Notes under the pieces: model-generated
What the model was told of the DNA's origin: nothing
Databases searched by the model: none
Seen by the model: only the letters and a program-made list of their open reading frames with translations
Shown: in pieces, positions 38,101-50,826 of the stretch
Position numbering within the stretch: position 1 is the stretch's first letter
Layout of the letters: each line of letters begins with the position of its first letter
Source of the DNA: Bugula neritina
Lineage: Eukaryota > Animalia > Bryozoa
Direction of reading: 5' to 3'
Assembly (NCBI GenBank): GCA_964035545.1
Contig: OZ037768.1
Span: forward strand, 9,270,741 to 9,334,740
DNA length: 64,000 nucleotides
Position numbers and translations under genes: made by a program

Positions 38101-39672
38101 GATGTCTTCAATAAACAGACTGTTGCAATCTTCAGAACTTTTCAAAATCAAAATCATCATTTCTCAACATTTTCCAGGTTAATGATCTAGTGAGTGTGAC
38201 TAAATTCTTACATTGGTCCTAAGTCATCCATTAAAAATAATTTAAAATTCAATAATGGTGAGTATTGGTGGTAGTCGTAGATATTCAACAACTTTAATAT
38301 AAATCAGGCACCAACGATGAGACAACTTTGGTGTTTAAATCAACTTATTCTGAAAAGAATTTAATGCAAGTGTTGCACTATTCAAGCAGATACTAACCGG
38401 CAGGCACCTTAATTATTTAGAGAGAACTGCTATCAACACTAATAGCAGTTGTATAAATTAATTGTTATCTAAAAAACCCAATTTGCTCATGGCAACAGTA
38501 AAACTAAATGCAACCTCAACCTGAGTTTTTATTACATGGTTACAGTTAATATTATAAATATAATTTATACCGCCTTTCCATTTACTTTCAGACAATCGAG
38601 TTGAAGTATAACTAATACACACCTAATGAACTGTACAATGAGGCTAAAAGTAAAACTATTAGACTTAGTAATAGTGTTAGATTTAGATAATGTCTTATAA
38701 ATAACTATCAATTCTGTATTAGATTTAGTATACATGCAGATGGCTTACTACTGTTTAGTGCTTTCACAACTATGTTATCATTATGCATTACTTGTTACTT
38801 GTTAGCGTAGTACTATTACTTAAACTTAGTAACCAGTGCTATGCTATTGATATTTTTAATATTTGCAATTTACAATTTCATAAAACTAAATCACTAAAAA
38901 GAAATGCAATTGCACCATAAACATATTTTACCATTTACAATACTATTAGTATTACTATTAATATTAGTATTAATAATAATTTTATTAATTACCATTATGA
39001 TTATTACTCAATCATTAAGTGATTATACAACATTGAAATATGCCTAGAATAAAATTAAATATAATAGACTACAATTAGCTTTTAATAATTAATATTAGTA
39101 TTACTACTACTAGTAGTAGTATAACTATAACTTATAAGCTATAACAGTTTAAGTATTAGACTTTCAGTTTCTTACTCTTAGGATCGCAGTCACGATAATA
39201 ATTATTATTATAAAAATCACTATCATTACGATCATGACAGTTTTCAACTTTAGCAGATAACTCAACAGCAATTGCAAAAACAAAGGATCACGCTTAGTTT
39301 TAGTTGATTTAATTTACCAATGTTCACAATCTTTATGCCCTCGTCTTCTTCCAGTAACTTCAATGCAGTCGTTACATTTTCGAGCTTTTGAGACCGGAAA
39401 TTTGGTCTTTTATTAATTCGTTTGAATTTTTTTCCTGATAACACCTCTATTAAGGCACATAACCTTAAACCATCAGATAGGTCATATTCTAGAGATGCTA
39501 TACTTTTGTTTGCTTGTTTGAGATGCTCGTTGGTCCAGCGAGTAAAAGTATTCTTTTGAATAACTTTCCACTGGGCATCTTCCGCCAATTCTCTCTCAGT
39601 GGCTGGCATCTCGTCACCTTCACATTCAGCGGAGTAGTAGTCACCGTTGTCATCGTAGCCGTCAGTAAGCAT
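5180..39672 (-). CDS. FLN: Filamin (FLNA/cheerio-like actin cross-linker): 2 CH domains plus 20 Ig repeats, 2229-aa core isoform
   Basis: Core exons (minus strand): 39672-39318, 36823-36563, 35846-35749, 34968-34821, [34409-34291 or 33520-33402], 32765-32688, 32332-32170, 30508-30308, 29626-29486, 27959-27826, 27743-27608, 27427-27249, 26243-25986, 25899-25697, 25574-25432, 20504-20331, 20186-19986, 19810-19688, 19159-18995, 18554-18422, 18272-18119, 17911-17722, 17480-17304, 17016-16952, 16791-16759, 16084-15958, 15520-15380, 15071-14943, [14235-14062 or 14543-14358], 12704-12543, 12212-12009, 10041-9889, 9446-9318, 9208-8972, 8866-8699, 8192-8062, 7275-7152, 6899-6729, 6499-6281, 6116-5925, 5376-5180. 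They sum to 6690 nt and phases are consistent. Hallmark motifs: [27 protein letters not shown], repeated GPG...GSPF, C-terminal [13 protein letters not shown]. Confidence 0.97.
7951..7962 (-). CDS. FLN: Candidate 12-nt filamin microexon encoding RHHH (Ig22)
   Basis: tgttttAG|CGT CAT CAT CAC|GTAAGT, phase 0-0 inside a phase-0 intron. Confidence 0.55.
11035..11131 (-). CDS. FLN: Candidate internal alternative first coding exon of filamin ([32 protein letters not shown])
   Basis: CAAAC-ATG-G start context with an in-frame upstream stop. The donor AGG|GTAATT is phase 1, matching the exon at 10041 ([11 protein letters not shown]). Confidence 0.45.
13838..13849 (-). CDS. FLN: Candidate 12-nt filamin microexon (ENLS) at the Ig17-Ig18 junction
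   Basis: tgctgattcttctAG|AG AAC CTA TCA G|GTATGT, phase 1-1. It restores exact length parity with the alternative exon 14543-14358. Confidence 0.6.
14062..14235 (-). CDS. FLN: Filamin Ig17 C-terminal half, canonical exon B ([14 protein letters not shown]...)
   Basis: CAG acceptor and GTAGGT donor, 174 nt, phase 1-1, typical repeat-17 sequence. Confidence 0.92.
14358..14543 (-). CDS. FLN: Filamin Ig17 C-terminal half, alternative divergent exon A ([14 protein letters not shown]...)
   Basis: TAG acceptor and CAG|GTTAGG donor, 186 nt, phase 1-1. It aligns without gaps to exon B plus the microexon. Confidence 0.8.
20881..25332 (-). CDS. FLN: Giant 4452-nt filamin exon (1484 codons): about 11 Ig repeats plus three low-complexity linkers
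   Basis: Lies within ORF 25357-20753. Acceptor catAG|GC TTT at 25332 and donor CTG|GTAAGA at 20881, phase 1-1. Repeated V.V.G.G...F.VD...Y.P...G.Y.I.V.Y.G..VPGSPF motifs. Confidence 0.88.
23809..24748 (-). repeat. Three near-identical 312-bp tandem repeats, each encoding a 104-aa Ig unit
   Basis: Unit starts on the + strand at 23809, 24121 and 24433. The same alternative-frame ORFs recur at 312-nt spacing. Confidence 0.97.
26684..26824 (-). CDS. FLN: Candidate 141-nt filamin cassette exon (47-aa linker between Ig4 and Ig5)
   Basis: ttcAG|ATT ATT CCT GAG...AGT GAG|GTGAGA, phase 0-0 in a phase-0 intron, GC-richer than its flanks. Confidence 0.65.
28967..29026 (-). CDS. FLN: Candidate 60-nt filamin cassette exon ([20 protein letters not shown]) in Ig3
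   Basis: gcAG|GT GAT ACC...TCA G|GTAGCT, phase 1-1 in a phase-1 intron, a GC-rich island in AT-rich intron. Confidence 0.6.
33402..33520 (-). CDS. FLN: Filamin Ig1 mutually exclusive exon B (acidic; [39 protein letters not shown])
   Basis: 119 nt, phase 1-0, TAG acceptor and GTAATG donor. Confidence 0.88.
34291..34409 (-). CDS. FLN: Filamin Ig1 mutually exclusive exon A (basic; [39 protein letters not shown])
   Basis: 119 nt, phase 1-0, CAG acceptor and GTAAGT donor. Confidence 0.88.
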
Positions 39673-42600
39673 GTCGTGACCTTATGTTGACCCTGGGAAG
39701 TAAATAACCACGTGGTATATTATTGTTTAATGACCAATAGTTGACAAGTTCTGTACACCAGTAATATTGCTGTATTTGCATGTGCACGTGGTTAGAACAG
39801 GTGGTTGTGTGCTACATGATAATTATAATATGATGCATTGCTCGTTAATTGTTATAATAATTTGTAACCACTACAATAAGTAATAAAATAATTTTTAGTT
39901 AGTAATTGATACTAAGCTGCTTAACTTTGCATGTTTTAGATGACTCCACCAGTTACCAGTTAGGTATTGCTTACTAAATCATTCCCATATGATATATTAC
40001 CGCTGATTGCTATTTGAAAATCACACATCTGCTAAAACAAATAACTTATTTTATAAATTGTATTGCTTGCTAACCATCAATACTATTTTGCAAATATTAA
40101 GTGTAACCATATTGTAGGCTACTTCTGCATTCTATCTTGCTAAATTCATGACAAACCCAACTAAAATAACTGAAAAACAATAAATAATAGTCTATCAATT
40201 TGATTGGTAAGCATAAGACTAAGCAGCTTATAAGTTGTGATGAAAAAGAACTCTACTTTAATGCTTTTAACCTACTCTGTAATGGTACTAAACTTTGTAA
40301 GCTAGCTAAAAATGTCTTTTTTATAGAGAATTACTAAAGTAACGTACTGAAAAAAGTTATCATTCTATAAACTAAAATATAAATTGAAATGATGTATTAC
40401 ATTAATAAAATTCTGAAAATAGTCTCACGTTTTCAAAGTGTCTGATTGTGTTCATAATTAGATTTTTTAGATTTCATTTTGCAGTTTCTATGTTTTAGGA
40501 TTTGTTAAAATTTGTATGGTATAGTCTATTGCAGTAGTCTTCTGATTCATCACTAAGATATACAACTAAATACCCAAATATTCAACTTGATGAATAATCA
40601 CAGTATAGATATCTCCTTATCCCATTAACTTTCTTACATCATAAAGGCTTGCCACACCAATCGAAAAGTAAATTAGCATAAACAAAGATAAGAATGTTAA
40701 GCCTGACTAGAAAACTGTAAAGTTTATGTAGTTGTTGAATAATACAAATGCCATTAGTCATCTTCCCCCACAACACCTATAGGTTACATGATACACATCT
40801 AAACAATATTTAAATAGTCATCAGCCTAGTCATCATTATGAAATGTTTAAGTAGTCTTTTGTTATGTGTTTTGACAGTTAGTTTATAGTATTCTATTACT
40901 TAAAAGTACACAGTGACAAGTTGTTTGTAGAATTATTATTCATAATTATGTTTTCTTAAATTAGCATGTATATGCAGGTATTATGAGAAAATATATAATT
41001 TACAGTGCTTTTTTGTCAATTTTTCTGTTGCTTATCCCCCACATAACATGCTATAATTAAAAACCTAACCAATTAGAATCATTTTTAACCAACTGTATTG
41101 TATAAATATGTTGAATAAGATAGGGTAACAAAGAAGTTTTGAAAGGTTGCATGAAATTTATATTATATGTCTCTGATGCACAAATTTCTATAAAGATGTG
41201 AAAAAGGCCTTTAATAAATATTCTTTATATTTTTTCGACTCAAAAATTTAGGTTAAATATATGTAGCATGTACCATGGCTTGCTATAAATGAAACTTAAA
41301 AACAATGGAATTCTTACTGTAAAACCGCTTGTAATAAAATAATCTCCTTGATTAGCATAAATGATTGCAGAAAATGAAGGCCAATCTATTTTTATTGCAT
41401 TATAATACACTGTGTTTTATTCTTAGTATAACCAATTTTAAATAAGACTCTTAAAAGTATATATTGAAATTACTTCTTCTTGACTGTACCACCAAACCAA
41501 CCATAACAGTGAAAATAAAAACAAAAAAGCTCAAATTTCAGCTTTTTTCTACTTTAGTGTTAAATAAAAAGTATTCCATATTAAATATAGAAATGTATTC
41601 AAATAGGTGTTACCATAGTAAGCAATTTTTTTGATAATTTATTGTAATCAAGTTGCATAATATAATTACACACATTACATTATACCTATAAGTGCAGTGG
41701 TAGATGCTTATAATAATTTCACAGTTTATTGTACACCTAATTCAAAATATGATAGCATAATATATATTATATATGTAAGGATTTAAACATAGTCAAAAGA
41801 TGCTCACCTGCATCCTAAATAAAGAAACTAATCAAAAAGCAATAATTTGAATATTGTTGCTTTGGAGTTAACTTCTCATTATTTATTAGTGACAACTCTA
41901 TAAATCAACCAGATGCTGGTAGTTGAAGTGTTATACAATATTTTGTTTATGCAACATTTCATGACAAGGCATACACTTATTACTATCAAAAAGTTTATAG
42001 TTTTATAGGTTTAGCTTCTTTCAGAGAAGCTCAGCATGCTGACTGCTTAGTGAAGTTAAAAAAATGTTAGGATTAAATTAGCATTCTAACTAGCTAATTA
42101 AACTGTTGTTACCTGCATGATGATAATTTAAAGTAAGGAGCATGTGACTAGTTTCATAAAACTTTCCCAAACTTATAACAACTGCTTTATTAGTAAAAGA
42201 ATTTACATGTTTTAGTATAGTTTTAGAATAGCATAGTTTACACATTAAACCTAAGTTTAGGGAAAAAACAAAATATAAACTGTAACAATTAATATCACAG
42301 TGATGGCCAAATAAGTTTGCAATTTGCTATGAAATTTTTGAATTTGCTAAATCTAGTTTAAACTTTTTGCTTTAGAACCATTTCATTGATGTTATCCATT
42401 TTGATATTACATGAAAAATTAGAAACCTTTATATTATTGGCCTGCCACTTTTATACTATTAATAATTTAGCATATTTAAAATTTAGTTTTCATAAAATTT
42501 GTACTGCTTAACTAAACAGTCGTCTTGGGGCATACACTGACTAATAAAAAAACTTTAGTTGCATTACATTATTACAACATCAGTTATTATTATTATTCTA

Positions 42601-43534
42601 AATATTTCTATTTTACTTTAAACACCCACACCGCCCACAACAGACAATGCGTCACAGATTTGCATACATTAATCAAGGATGAACCAGTAAATTGCTGTAA
42701 ACACCATAAAAACCCAAAATAAGCAATAAAATTGCATCATTGAATATCTATGCTCGTGGTATTAGTAAAGAATTAACTTCCTTTAATAACGATTTATACA
42801 AGTTTCTTATAATTTGCCTTTTCTTTCACCATCTAAGCCTGCCTGTTAGGAGCCAATGTAACTACACTATTATACTAACTAGAGTCTAGAGCATGTTTAA
42901 AACTTTGTACTATTAATCAACAGCTAGTAAAGGGTGTTAACACATTATTATATGTATACATGATGCATAGTAGACAGGGTGACTTGTATATCACTTAAAA
43001 ACTGCATTTATAATGGCAGTTGACATGCTAACAATATGTTATACTTTTGAAGTTGTGACAAGGTTATCAGCTCTACATACTATACTAACTCTAGTTACTG
43101 ACTCACAAGACAAACTCTTTTATGTAATGATATACCAATTCTTTTTAATTCTGGATACTTGATAGTTCATGTTGGTTTACTTAAGTACTACAGGTAGCAA
43201 TCTAAATAAAGTAAAACTGGTCAACAGTCGAACTGTATAATATAAGTAGAGCGCTAAGAGCTAAAGTTTCATAATCATGATTTTTTCACGCTATATTCAA
43301 GTTATGTAGTAGTAGGTTATTTCATGGCTTATTACTGCATACGTTATAGGTTAGTTTGAATAATATTGAACTACAAGTGAAAAACCTTTCCGTTCTCAGA
43401 AAATATTTTATCCTATAAGTCTTCAGAATCACTTGACCCTTATAAAATTGTAGGATTTCGCGATCTGTCAATTTACTCAATATATACAAAGTAAGTCCAT
43501 GTTACCAGAAATTTGTTCTTGTAAAAATACTCAC

Positions 43535-43680
43535 CTTAATAATATAGAAACAACTATCAACTGCCTTGTATACCTTTACTCAGTAGAGCACTGCTTAGAA
43601 GTCGACTTTACTAGCACTTTGTCTGGTGCAGATGCAAGTCATTAGTGAGGCAGCTAACGTATGGGTCAGGTATATACAGG
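43535..43680 (-). promoter_or_regulatory. Candidate filamin promoter and non-coding first exon
   Basis: Consensus donor AAG|GTGAGT at 43534. TATATA at about 43671-43676 lies roughly 30 nt before a TCACT initiator-like motif. A strong acceptor (ttacttcccAG) sits 20 nt upstream of the filamin ATG. Confidence 0.35.
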
Positions 43681-44082
43681 TAAACAGTTAATCATATCTC
43701 AATCACATCTACATCTCATCATCCAATTATCTTATGGATTCACGAACTTCTTAATTTGATTAGATGCCGTCAGCAATTTTGTTTATGTATTCTTCGTATT
43801 TAGGCATTTAATGATCTCTCTTTTATAGCAAGATGATAAAGCTTTTAGTGGGCAAGCCTTACAAATTCTTGCCACACAATACTCTAATAATAGTGATTTT
43901 GTAGTAAATAAATCCAAATCCAAATATACACACTAACAAACTAATGCAAATTAATACAATTCAACCAATAGCCCCTTGAATAACTATCTTCATTGCCATT
44001 AAAAGACAGGCAATTGAAATTGATAAATGTGCTAAAAGCTTATATGTTTAATTTAGCAGCAATATACTATTGAAAGTAATAT

Positions 44083-44282
44083 TGATGGTGGTCTGGGGGT
44101 TAGACTATTTGCTTAGTAAACACGAAGTCATGGGTTCTATCCCTAGTAAAAGCCATTGATGAAGAGCATCTAGTCATAATTGCTCCTGTGCCACATACGA
44201 ATAAGTCCTTAGCCTACTTTTAAAAAAACCTTTTCATCAAGCATTCTCACAAAGATAGTGACTATAAACTTGCGTGCGTATT
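44083..44282 (+). mobile_element. tRNA-derived SINE, diverged copy 1
   Basis: A-box GTGGTCTGGGGG and B-box GGTTCTATCCC. Homologous along its length to the inverted copy at 48023-48235. Confidence 0.8.
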
Positions 44283-47189
44283 GGCCAATCGCTGACCCAA
44301 TTACTAGACCAGCATGTTTCTATTTTATAACAGATTTTCAACAAAGCTGCTGGATAAAGATAGTATGAGTAACAGTGCAACACATAATATTGTGCTACAT
44401 TTTAAGTCAATACTGCTTGATATTCTATAGATTTATGATCCCTATGTGTTGATGAACTGATTTCATAGATTTATAAGTATTGTCAGACAAGAATGGCTAC
44501 AGGTCTTTGCCCACTAACAGTCTATCATTGCCTTGTGAAACAGTGTTATCATGTAACAAATAGAAGTTACTATTATATTTCAAGGGTTGACCTATCGTAT
44601 TATATGCAATGCAGATATTTAATTTGATCTGTTAACTATACTAATGATAGAATAACACTGGTTGCAAGAGTTATCCACTTTATAAAATGATTTCTATTGC
44701 AATTTTCAATCCCAATAATTATATTAAAGCCAATACAACTAATTTGAATGTGACAAGAGAATGTAGAAAATATGACACCAGTTATGCAGCATATAAAGTA
44801 TCTACATACAACATATAATTTAGATAAAACTGACAGGTTGTGACAATAGTTAGTTTCCAATTAAAAGTGCCAATAGTCATTTGAATTTTGCAAAATTAGA
44901 TTATTGCAGTGATGTTATAAGTGTATTATAAGTTTACATGTCATAATGCAATATTTGAAACTTAAGTCATTGTTCTAATTCTAATCAGCTTAATTCCTAA
45001 TTTACTGCAATGCTTCAAAGATTCAAAAGCTTAAATTTGATAAGTTTCATTTTTAAACTAATAAATCCATTTAGCAACATGAATGTTTTCATAAAACTAT
45101 ATAATATTATATGTTATATCGTTACTTAAGTATACATGCATGTAGTAAAAGCCATGTAGGTCAGTTATCGCAGCGCAGCTATATCTTATTATGAAACATA
45201 TAAATTTATATACCATACAGTACTCTTCGTAATTTAACTTAAACAAAATTGAACAGCTACAATAAATTACTCTCACAAGCAATTTTTAAACATCAAAACT
45301 TTCATTTTAAGAAACAGTCATAAAGAAAATACTTACTGGTTAATAATAATCTTCTTGACTAGATTTAAATGCTGTGAACTGATCATCAAATGCAGATCTG
45401 AAGATTTGGTTAGTGGGTGATACACCACACAGTGTTAGATTCTTGGCGTGGTTCTTCAGTAATGTGCTGGTACTCTGGTATACTGGATGCAGTTATTTTT
45501 CAGCGACCTGAATTCCTGTTGCAGCATGAGCTAATACAGAGTCATTGAGGCATGCAAAGTTTGTAGGCTCAACAGCTATATTCTTGTATTATCAAAATAA
45601 CTAATAAATCTTTTGCAAACATTGTTATACAGCACGATACTTAGCCTGTGTCCTAAATACAATCAAATATGCCTGTTGCCCACTCGATCTTTTGGCAATT
45701 TTAAGTTTCCACTATAACCTACTCACCTACACTGAGTATGCATATACTGCATATAGATTATGCTGTGTAGTGTGTGCTATCTTATATCAAGAGACAGTGG
45801 CTTATGAACTTATCTACCTTGCAGTATTTGTTTAATAACTCTCAGTTTACAAGAAATTGTTGTGAGCTGACATGTTCATAGGCTAATAATCTTTCATATT
45901 GCATACACTGGAGTTAATGTTTTGTGAAGAGTGTAGAGTATATAAACGCTTATGATGTTCATTTACATCACTATATTATAAGGGAATGATATGGTTACTA
46001 TATTTTTAAGTCAATAATAAAACATTGATTTCAGTTATAGTAAAAATATCTTTATGCATACTTTATGCAAAGTTTTTTTCTAAGATTAACAATTTCTTAT
46101 TGTCCTAATAAACTTGTATTTGTAATCTGACAAAGTTAAGTATAGAAGTAAAAAAGTAGATAAGATAAAATTTGTGTAATTAATCACCGGCAACTTTTCA
46201 AAAACCTGCTTTGGAACTGAAATAAATACAAGTATGGAACGGTGGATTAAATTTATATGACTAAGTATACATGACAGCATAGCAATATAACATGTTACAA
46301 ACTTTTTATTCAACCAATGTAATAATTGTAATCCTAAAGTTAACTAGCTATGAGAAAAAACAGATTATGCTAAGGAATTTATAAAAAATTATGTTACACT
46401 AACTGTTAGTTAGTAGTTGTCTTTCCAAAACATAAAAACTTTTTGTAGAACCTGTTTATTATAACTAAAAGTTATTGCACAAAGCAGTTTATTAAGGAAA
46501 TAATTATCAGTGTGCTGTGTTTGGTGCTTATATCTTTTATTGCCTTTTTTTTATTAAATAAAGACCAATAACTTATATACCACAATAAGACTAATGATCT
46601 GCATAAATTTAATTTACACCTAATAGATAACTAAAATAAAATATGAATGATTTCAGATTGCAGTATTAGCAATTTTTTATTATATGTACTACAAACTAAA
46701 ACTCCCTGCTCATGCACAATCTATACTCTATAATCTATAAAAGTAGTATTTCTATTACTTGGTCAGAAGCTTTACATATGTATACGATATATCCACTGGA
46801 CTTGAAATACTAATAGAAAAGTGGTCTTTTCCAGTTCATTATGTATGTCATAGTTACTCAACGGTCTAAATTAGAGTCATCCTACGCAAAACTAATCTAA
46901 ATTCATTTATAAACTATAGCCTTGCATCGACGAATTTAAAATTTCGGTTTTTCGTCTAGTGATTGACTAGCGAATCAAACTATCGTACGACAAATTTCTG
47001 AGTTGTAAAATCCCACAACTATTACCAATAGTAATAGTGACAGGTGGCTCTCCGCATAGCTTCAACCAATGAATTAAAACATAAAATTATAAATATAATA
47101 TTTCAATGGCTTTAAAGCCACTAAAGATTACAATTTGCTGAGCTTTGTTCTAAGTTTAAATTAATATAAGTATCACTCCATCAGTATGG

Positions 47190-47560
47190 GTGATACTGAT
47201 AGTGATTGACTGTGACAATGACAATCACAAGACACAATCACAATGACAATCAGTATCACAATGACAACACAAGTGAATGTCAATGTGAATCCGAATGTCA
47301 ATGTGAATGTGATTCAATGAGTATGGCATTGACAATCACTTTGGGGTTTTTACAATGAATATGATCATGATAAAGGATGAAATTTGATTATTAAACAACT
47401 ACAAGTTCATCGATTTATAAAATAATTGAATAATAATTATAACCTGAACTTATTAGTTATTAGTAAGACTAATACTAATAGTAATACTAATAGTTATTAA
47501 CAACTTTAAAACTAAGACTAACTCTAAGTGTATAACTATAAGAATAACTATTAGTATTCG
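47190..47560. repeat. Cryptic hexamer-periodic tract (GACAAT / GTGAAT / ACTAAT units)
   Basis: gacaatgacaatcacaa..., gtgaatgtcaatgtgaat, actaatactaatagtaat. Confidence 0.65.
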
Positions 47561-48022
47561 TTTTGCTATCAAATTATCATTTTTAGTTGGCAACATTTCA
47601 CCACCTTTGAGTTTTTTTGTGTGGGTGGCGGTTTTTGCTTGATTTCAAGTTTTACCAAACTTTTCCATTTTAATATTGTTTTGTCTTTTGCGTCTGTACT
47701 ATCAATATTAAGACATCTAGCTCTAGGGTCAACCTATAACAGTATATAGTGTCACAGCATCTCTGTTTGGCTCATCTTCTATATAACGCAAGTTTTGTCC
47801 ATTTTCATTTTAACATTCTCCTGATGTCATCCGTGCTTTGCTAAAATAATTATATCTCTCTTCTTTCTCATGAGTGGTTGGCATCACTTTGGCCTCTGCT
47901 GCCACATACTCACTTCTCTTGTGGTTTGTTCAGAGAGTGCCCTACTTGACATATGCATCGCACAAGAAGCCATTTTGCTACTCATGTACTGTGTTTAATT
48001 TTTGTACAGTACAGCTGCTCTT

Positions 48023-48235
48023 AATAAACTCACGCAAGTTTATAGCCACTATCCCTGTGAGAAACCCCTGATAGAAAGGGTTTTTGTTAAAGCGGGCTAA
48101 GGACTTATTTAAATGAGGCACAGAAGCAATTATGACTGGATGCTCTTCCTAACATCACCAATGGCCTTTGTCAGGGTTGAACCCATGACCTTCGTGTTTA
48201 CTAGGCAAACGCTCTAACCCCTAGACCACGACAGC
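48023..48235 (-). mobile_element. tRNA-Thr(AGT)-like SINE, copy 2, with flanking direct repeat
   Basis: Head GCTGTCGTGGTCTAGGGGTTAGAGCGTTTGCCTAGTAAACACGAAGGTCATGGGTTCAACCC. Direct repeat ACAGCTG(C/G)TCTTAATA at 48011-48026 and 48231-48246. Confidence 0.85.
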
Positions 48236-49990
48236 TGGTCTTAATACTCTCTTATATAAAGCACTTTTAGCTTAATAGACATCTCCTTATAACACCTCTT
48301 GGCTCTTTCTACTTCTTCCAAGCCTAGGAGATTTTTATTTAAATTTTTTTCAACAACCCCCATCTTTGTAGATTGTTGTATTTAAAATGTGAACATTTGG
48401 ACAGGCCTTATGTGTCTTGGCTATTATAATTCTTTATTCTGATGTTCTGATATCCAACTGCTGGCAGATACTTTTTCTTCCATATAATTTTTAATTAAAC
48501 TGCTTTCCCGTTCTCTCTTCCGGTCTCTAATCTTTCTTTTCCACCTCTGTCGCTATCACACATGACAAGCTCATTGGAAAATACTCTTGCTTATGTGCTG
48601 TTCTCAATAATATCCTCTGTATATGGTAATAATATAATTAATAAATAAGAATTATTTATATTAACTCATAAGACATAACACTAATAGTAATTATATCACT
48701 GTTATCTATAGTCATGGGCAGTATAAGGATATAACCAAGTATTAGTATATGTATATCAGTATTAGTCTATGGTGATAATTAATATCATAGTATTAGTATG
48801 CGCATTATAATTATTTTATGGTTTTAGTTTTTAAATATTCTCATAAAAAGATGAATATAAAGATCTCTCTACTTTAGTATAATATTTACTATAGCTCTTA
48901 GTGGTATTATTATTACTCTAGGTATATAACTAATACTATTATTATTACTATAACTAATGCAAATAGTAGTGAGTGGGTAATGGCATAACTATTGCAATAA
49001 ATACAAATATTATAAATATAATTATAATAATTTTTATAAAGTAGGGTAAGCATGTGTAACATTATGACTATAAATAGTAATATTGCTTACTCTACAATTT
49101 AAGAATACATATCACTATTAATTCATTGTACTGTAATCTCAGTACTAATGTAAGAATCTTTTAATTTCCTTCGTCAATGATTCATTCCATGTTATTTCAT
49201 TCAATGTGATAATTATGTCATGTTAAATCATGCAGTTTTGAAATGTATAGTGATTATTTCAGTTTAACAAATTTGTAATATTGATTTACTTTAATGAAGT
49301 ATATTTTTATTCAATTTTAGCTCTCTTTTTTAAAAGTTCATTTTAATAATTTCATAAAATTTACTTTTAGCGATAGAAACTTATTTTGTAAAGTTAAATA
49401 TTTAAAATTGTTGTTGAAAAGTATGTAATCAGTACAAATATAGTAAATGTTCATGTTACTACGAGTAATACTATTGGCATTATTTATTTTTAATTCAGAA
49501 ATTTAATTTGCAAGTTAATATTTGTACGATATAATGATGATTATTATAAGTTTATTAGATGCTGCTTTGATCTACAAGTCTTAGTAAAAGCTCAAAATAC
49601 AAATAAATCATCATTGGTGTATGAAAATCAGTATAAGTATATACTATATCAATTTCAACTACGATAATAATTCAAGCTAGGAAACCATTTACTAGCACTA
49701 GTGAAGTAACCTACTATTATTGTTAGATTTAATATTTGCTCATGGTCAGTTTTATAACACATATTCAAATGCTCTAAGTATAGGTATCAAATAGCAAGAA
49801 TACTACATCTACCAGTAACATTAATGTAATGTTACTACCACTATTATTAATACCACTCGCTGTCGCCATCACTAACATGCTGGTTACATCAATTCATCTA
49901 TGTTGTTATAGTTATTACACTAGGTCTGGTACTAAGTTTAAGTTTAATAATACTCTTGCTATTACTAATGAGATAGTGGTACCAATACTT

Positions 49991-50390
49991 CAGGGTTGGG
50001 GTAATTGTAATTTGTAATTGGGTGTAATTAATTACATTTTTTTATGTAATTGAATGTAATTTGTAATTGATTTATAAAAATGTAATTGTAATTAATTACA
50101 TATCTAATGTAATTGATTTTTACAATTACTTTTTAATTACGTGTCAATTACTTCAAACTTTTAAATCTTGAAAATTTCATACTTTTCCCACCATGCCTAC
50201 TGTTAAATAACAAGTTCAGGTTGAGTCAAGGTAGTATTGTATTATTGTTGAAAACAAAGGAGGTTCACCACTGTCAAAATTGCCCCTAGTAGTTGGACCC
50301 TATAAGAAGTGAGATTTGTATAACTTCTATTTGTCATTTGTCACAACAAAAGTAATTGTAATTAATTACATTACATTAATTACAAAACTG
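49991..50390. mobile_element. MITE/non-autonomous DNA transposon-like fragment rich in GTAATT/AATTAC sub-terminal repeats
   Basis: Starts CAGGGTTGGGGTAATTGTAAT and carries many TGTAATT/AATTACA units in both orientations. No intact matching right end is seen. Confidence 0.5.
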
Positions 50391-50826
50391 CATCACTTTT
50401 TGTAATAATGGTTTAAATAATAAAATATTAGTTATGTAGTTATCGGTTTATTTTCAAATAGACCTCTGATATTTATTGGAATAACTTATTTTCTTGTACC
50501 CTTTGCAAAACTTTGTTTAGTGCTCTTCTTATGTAGTTTTGTATCACAACATTCAGATTTACCAGATCAGTACTACTTTATGTCTTATAGTTTTTGGAGG
50601 TTGTGATTCATGTCAGTGGGAATAAAATAGCAGTATGCATACAATAGTTACATAATTTTAATGAACATTTTTATATTAAAACTAACTGGTAGCAACTGAG
50701 GAGGGTTTGTTGATTTTATAAATATTCAGTAAAAACTTTTTAAATTTTGCAATTAATGAGTTCTTTTGTTTTTAGGTGAATATTATTTAAATGCAGATTC
50801 CATAGAACCAGTCTAGACTTTTTAGA

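Noticed and set aside
44083-44150. tRNA-like sequence (also at about 48170-48235)
   Set aside because: No intact acceptor stem, and both copies continue into a shared non-tRNA body, so these are SINE heads rather than tRNA genes.
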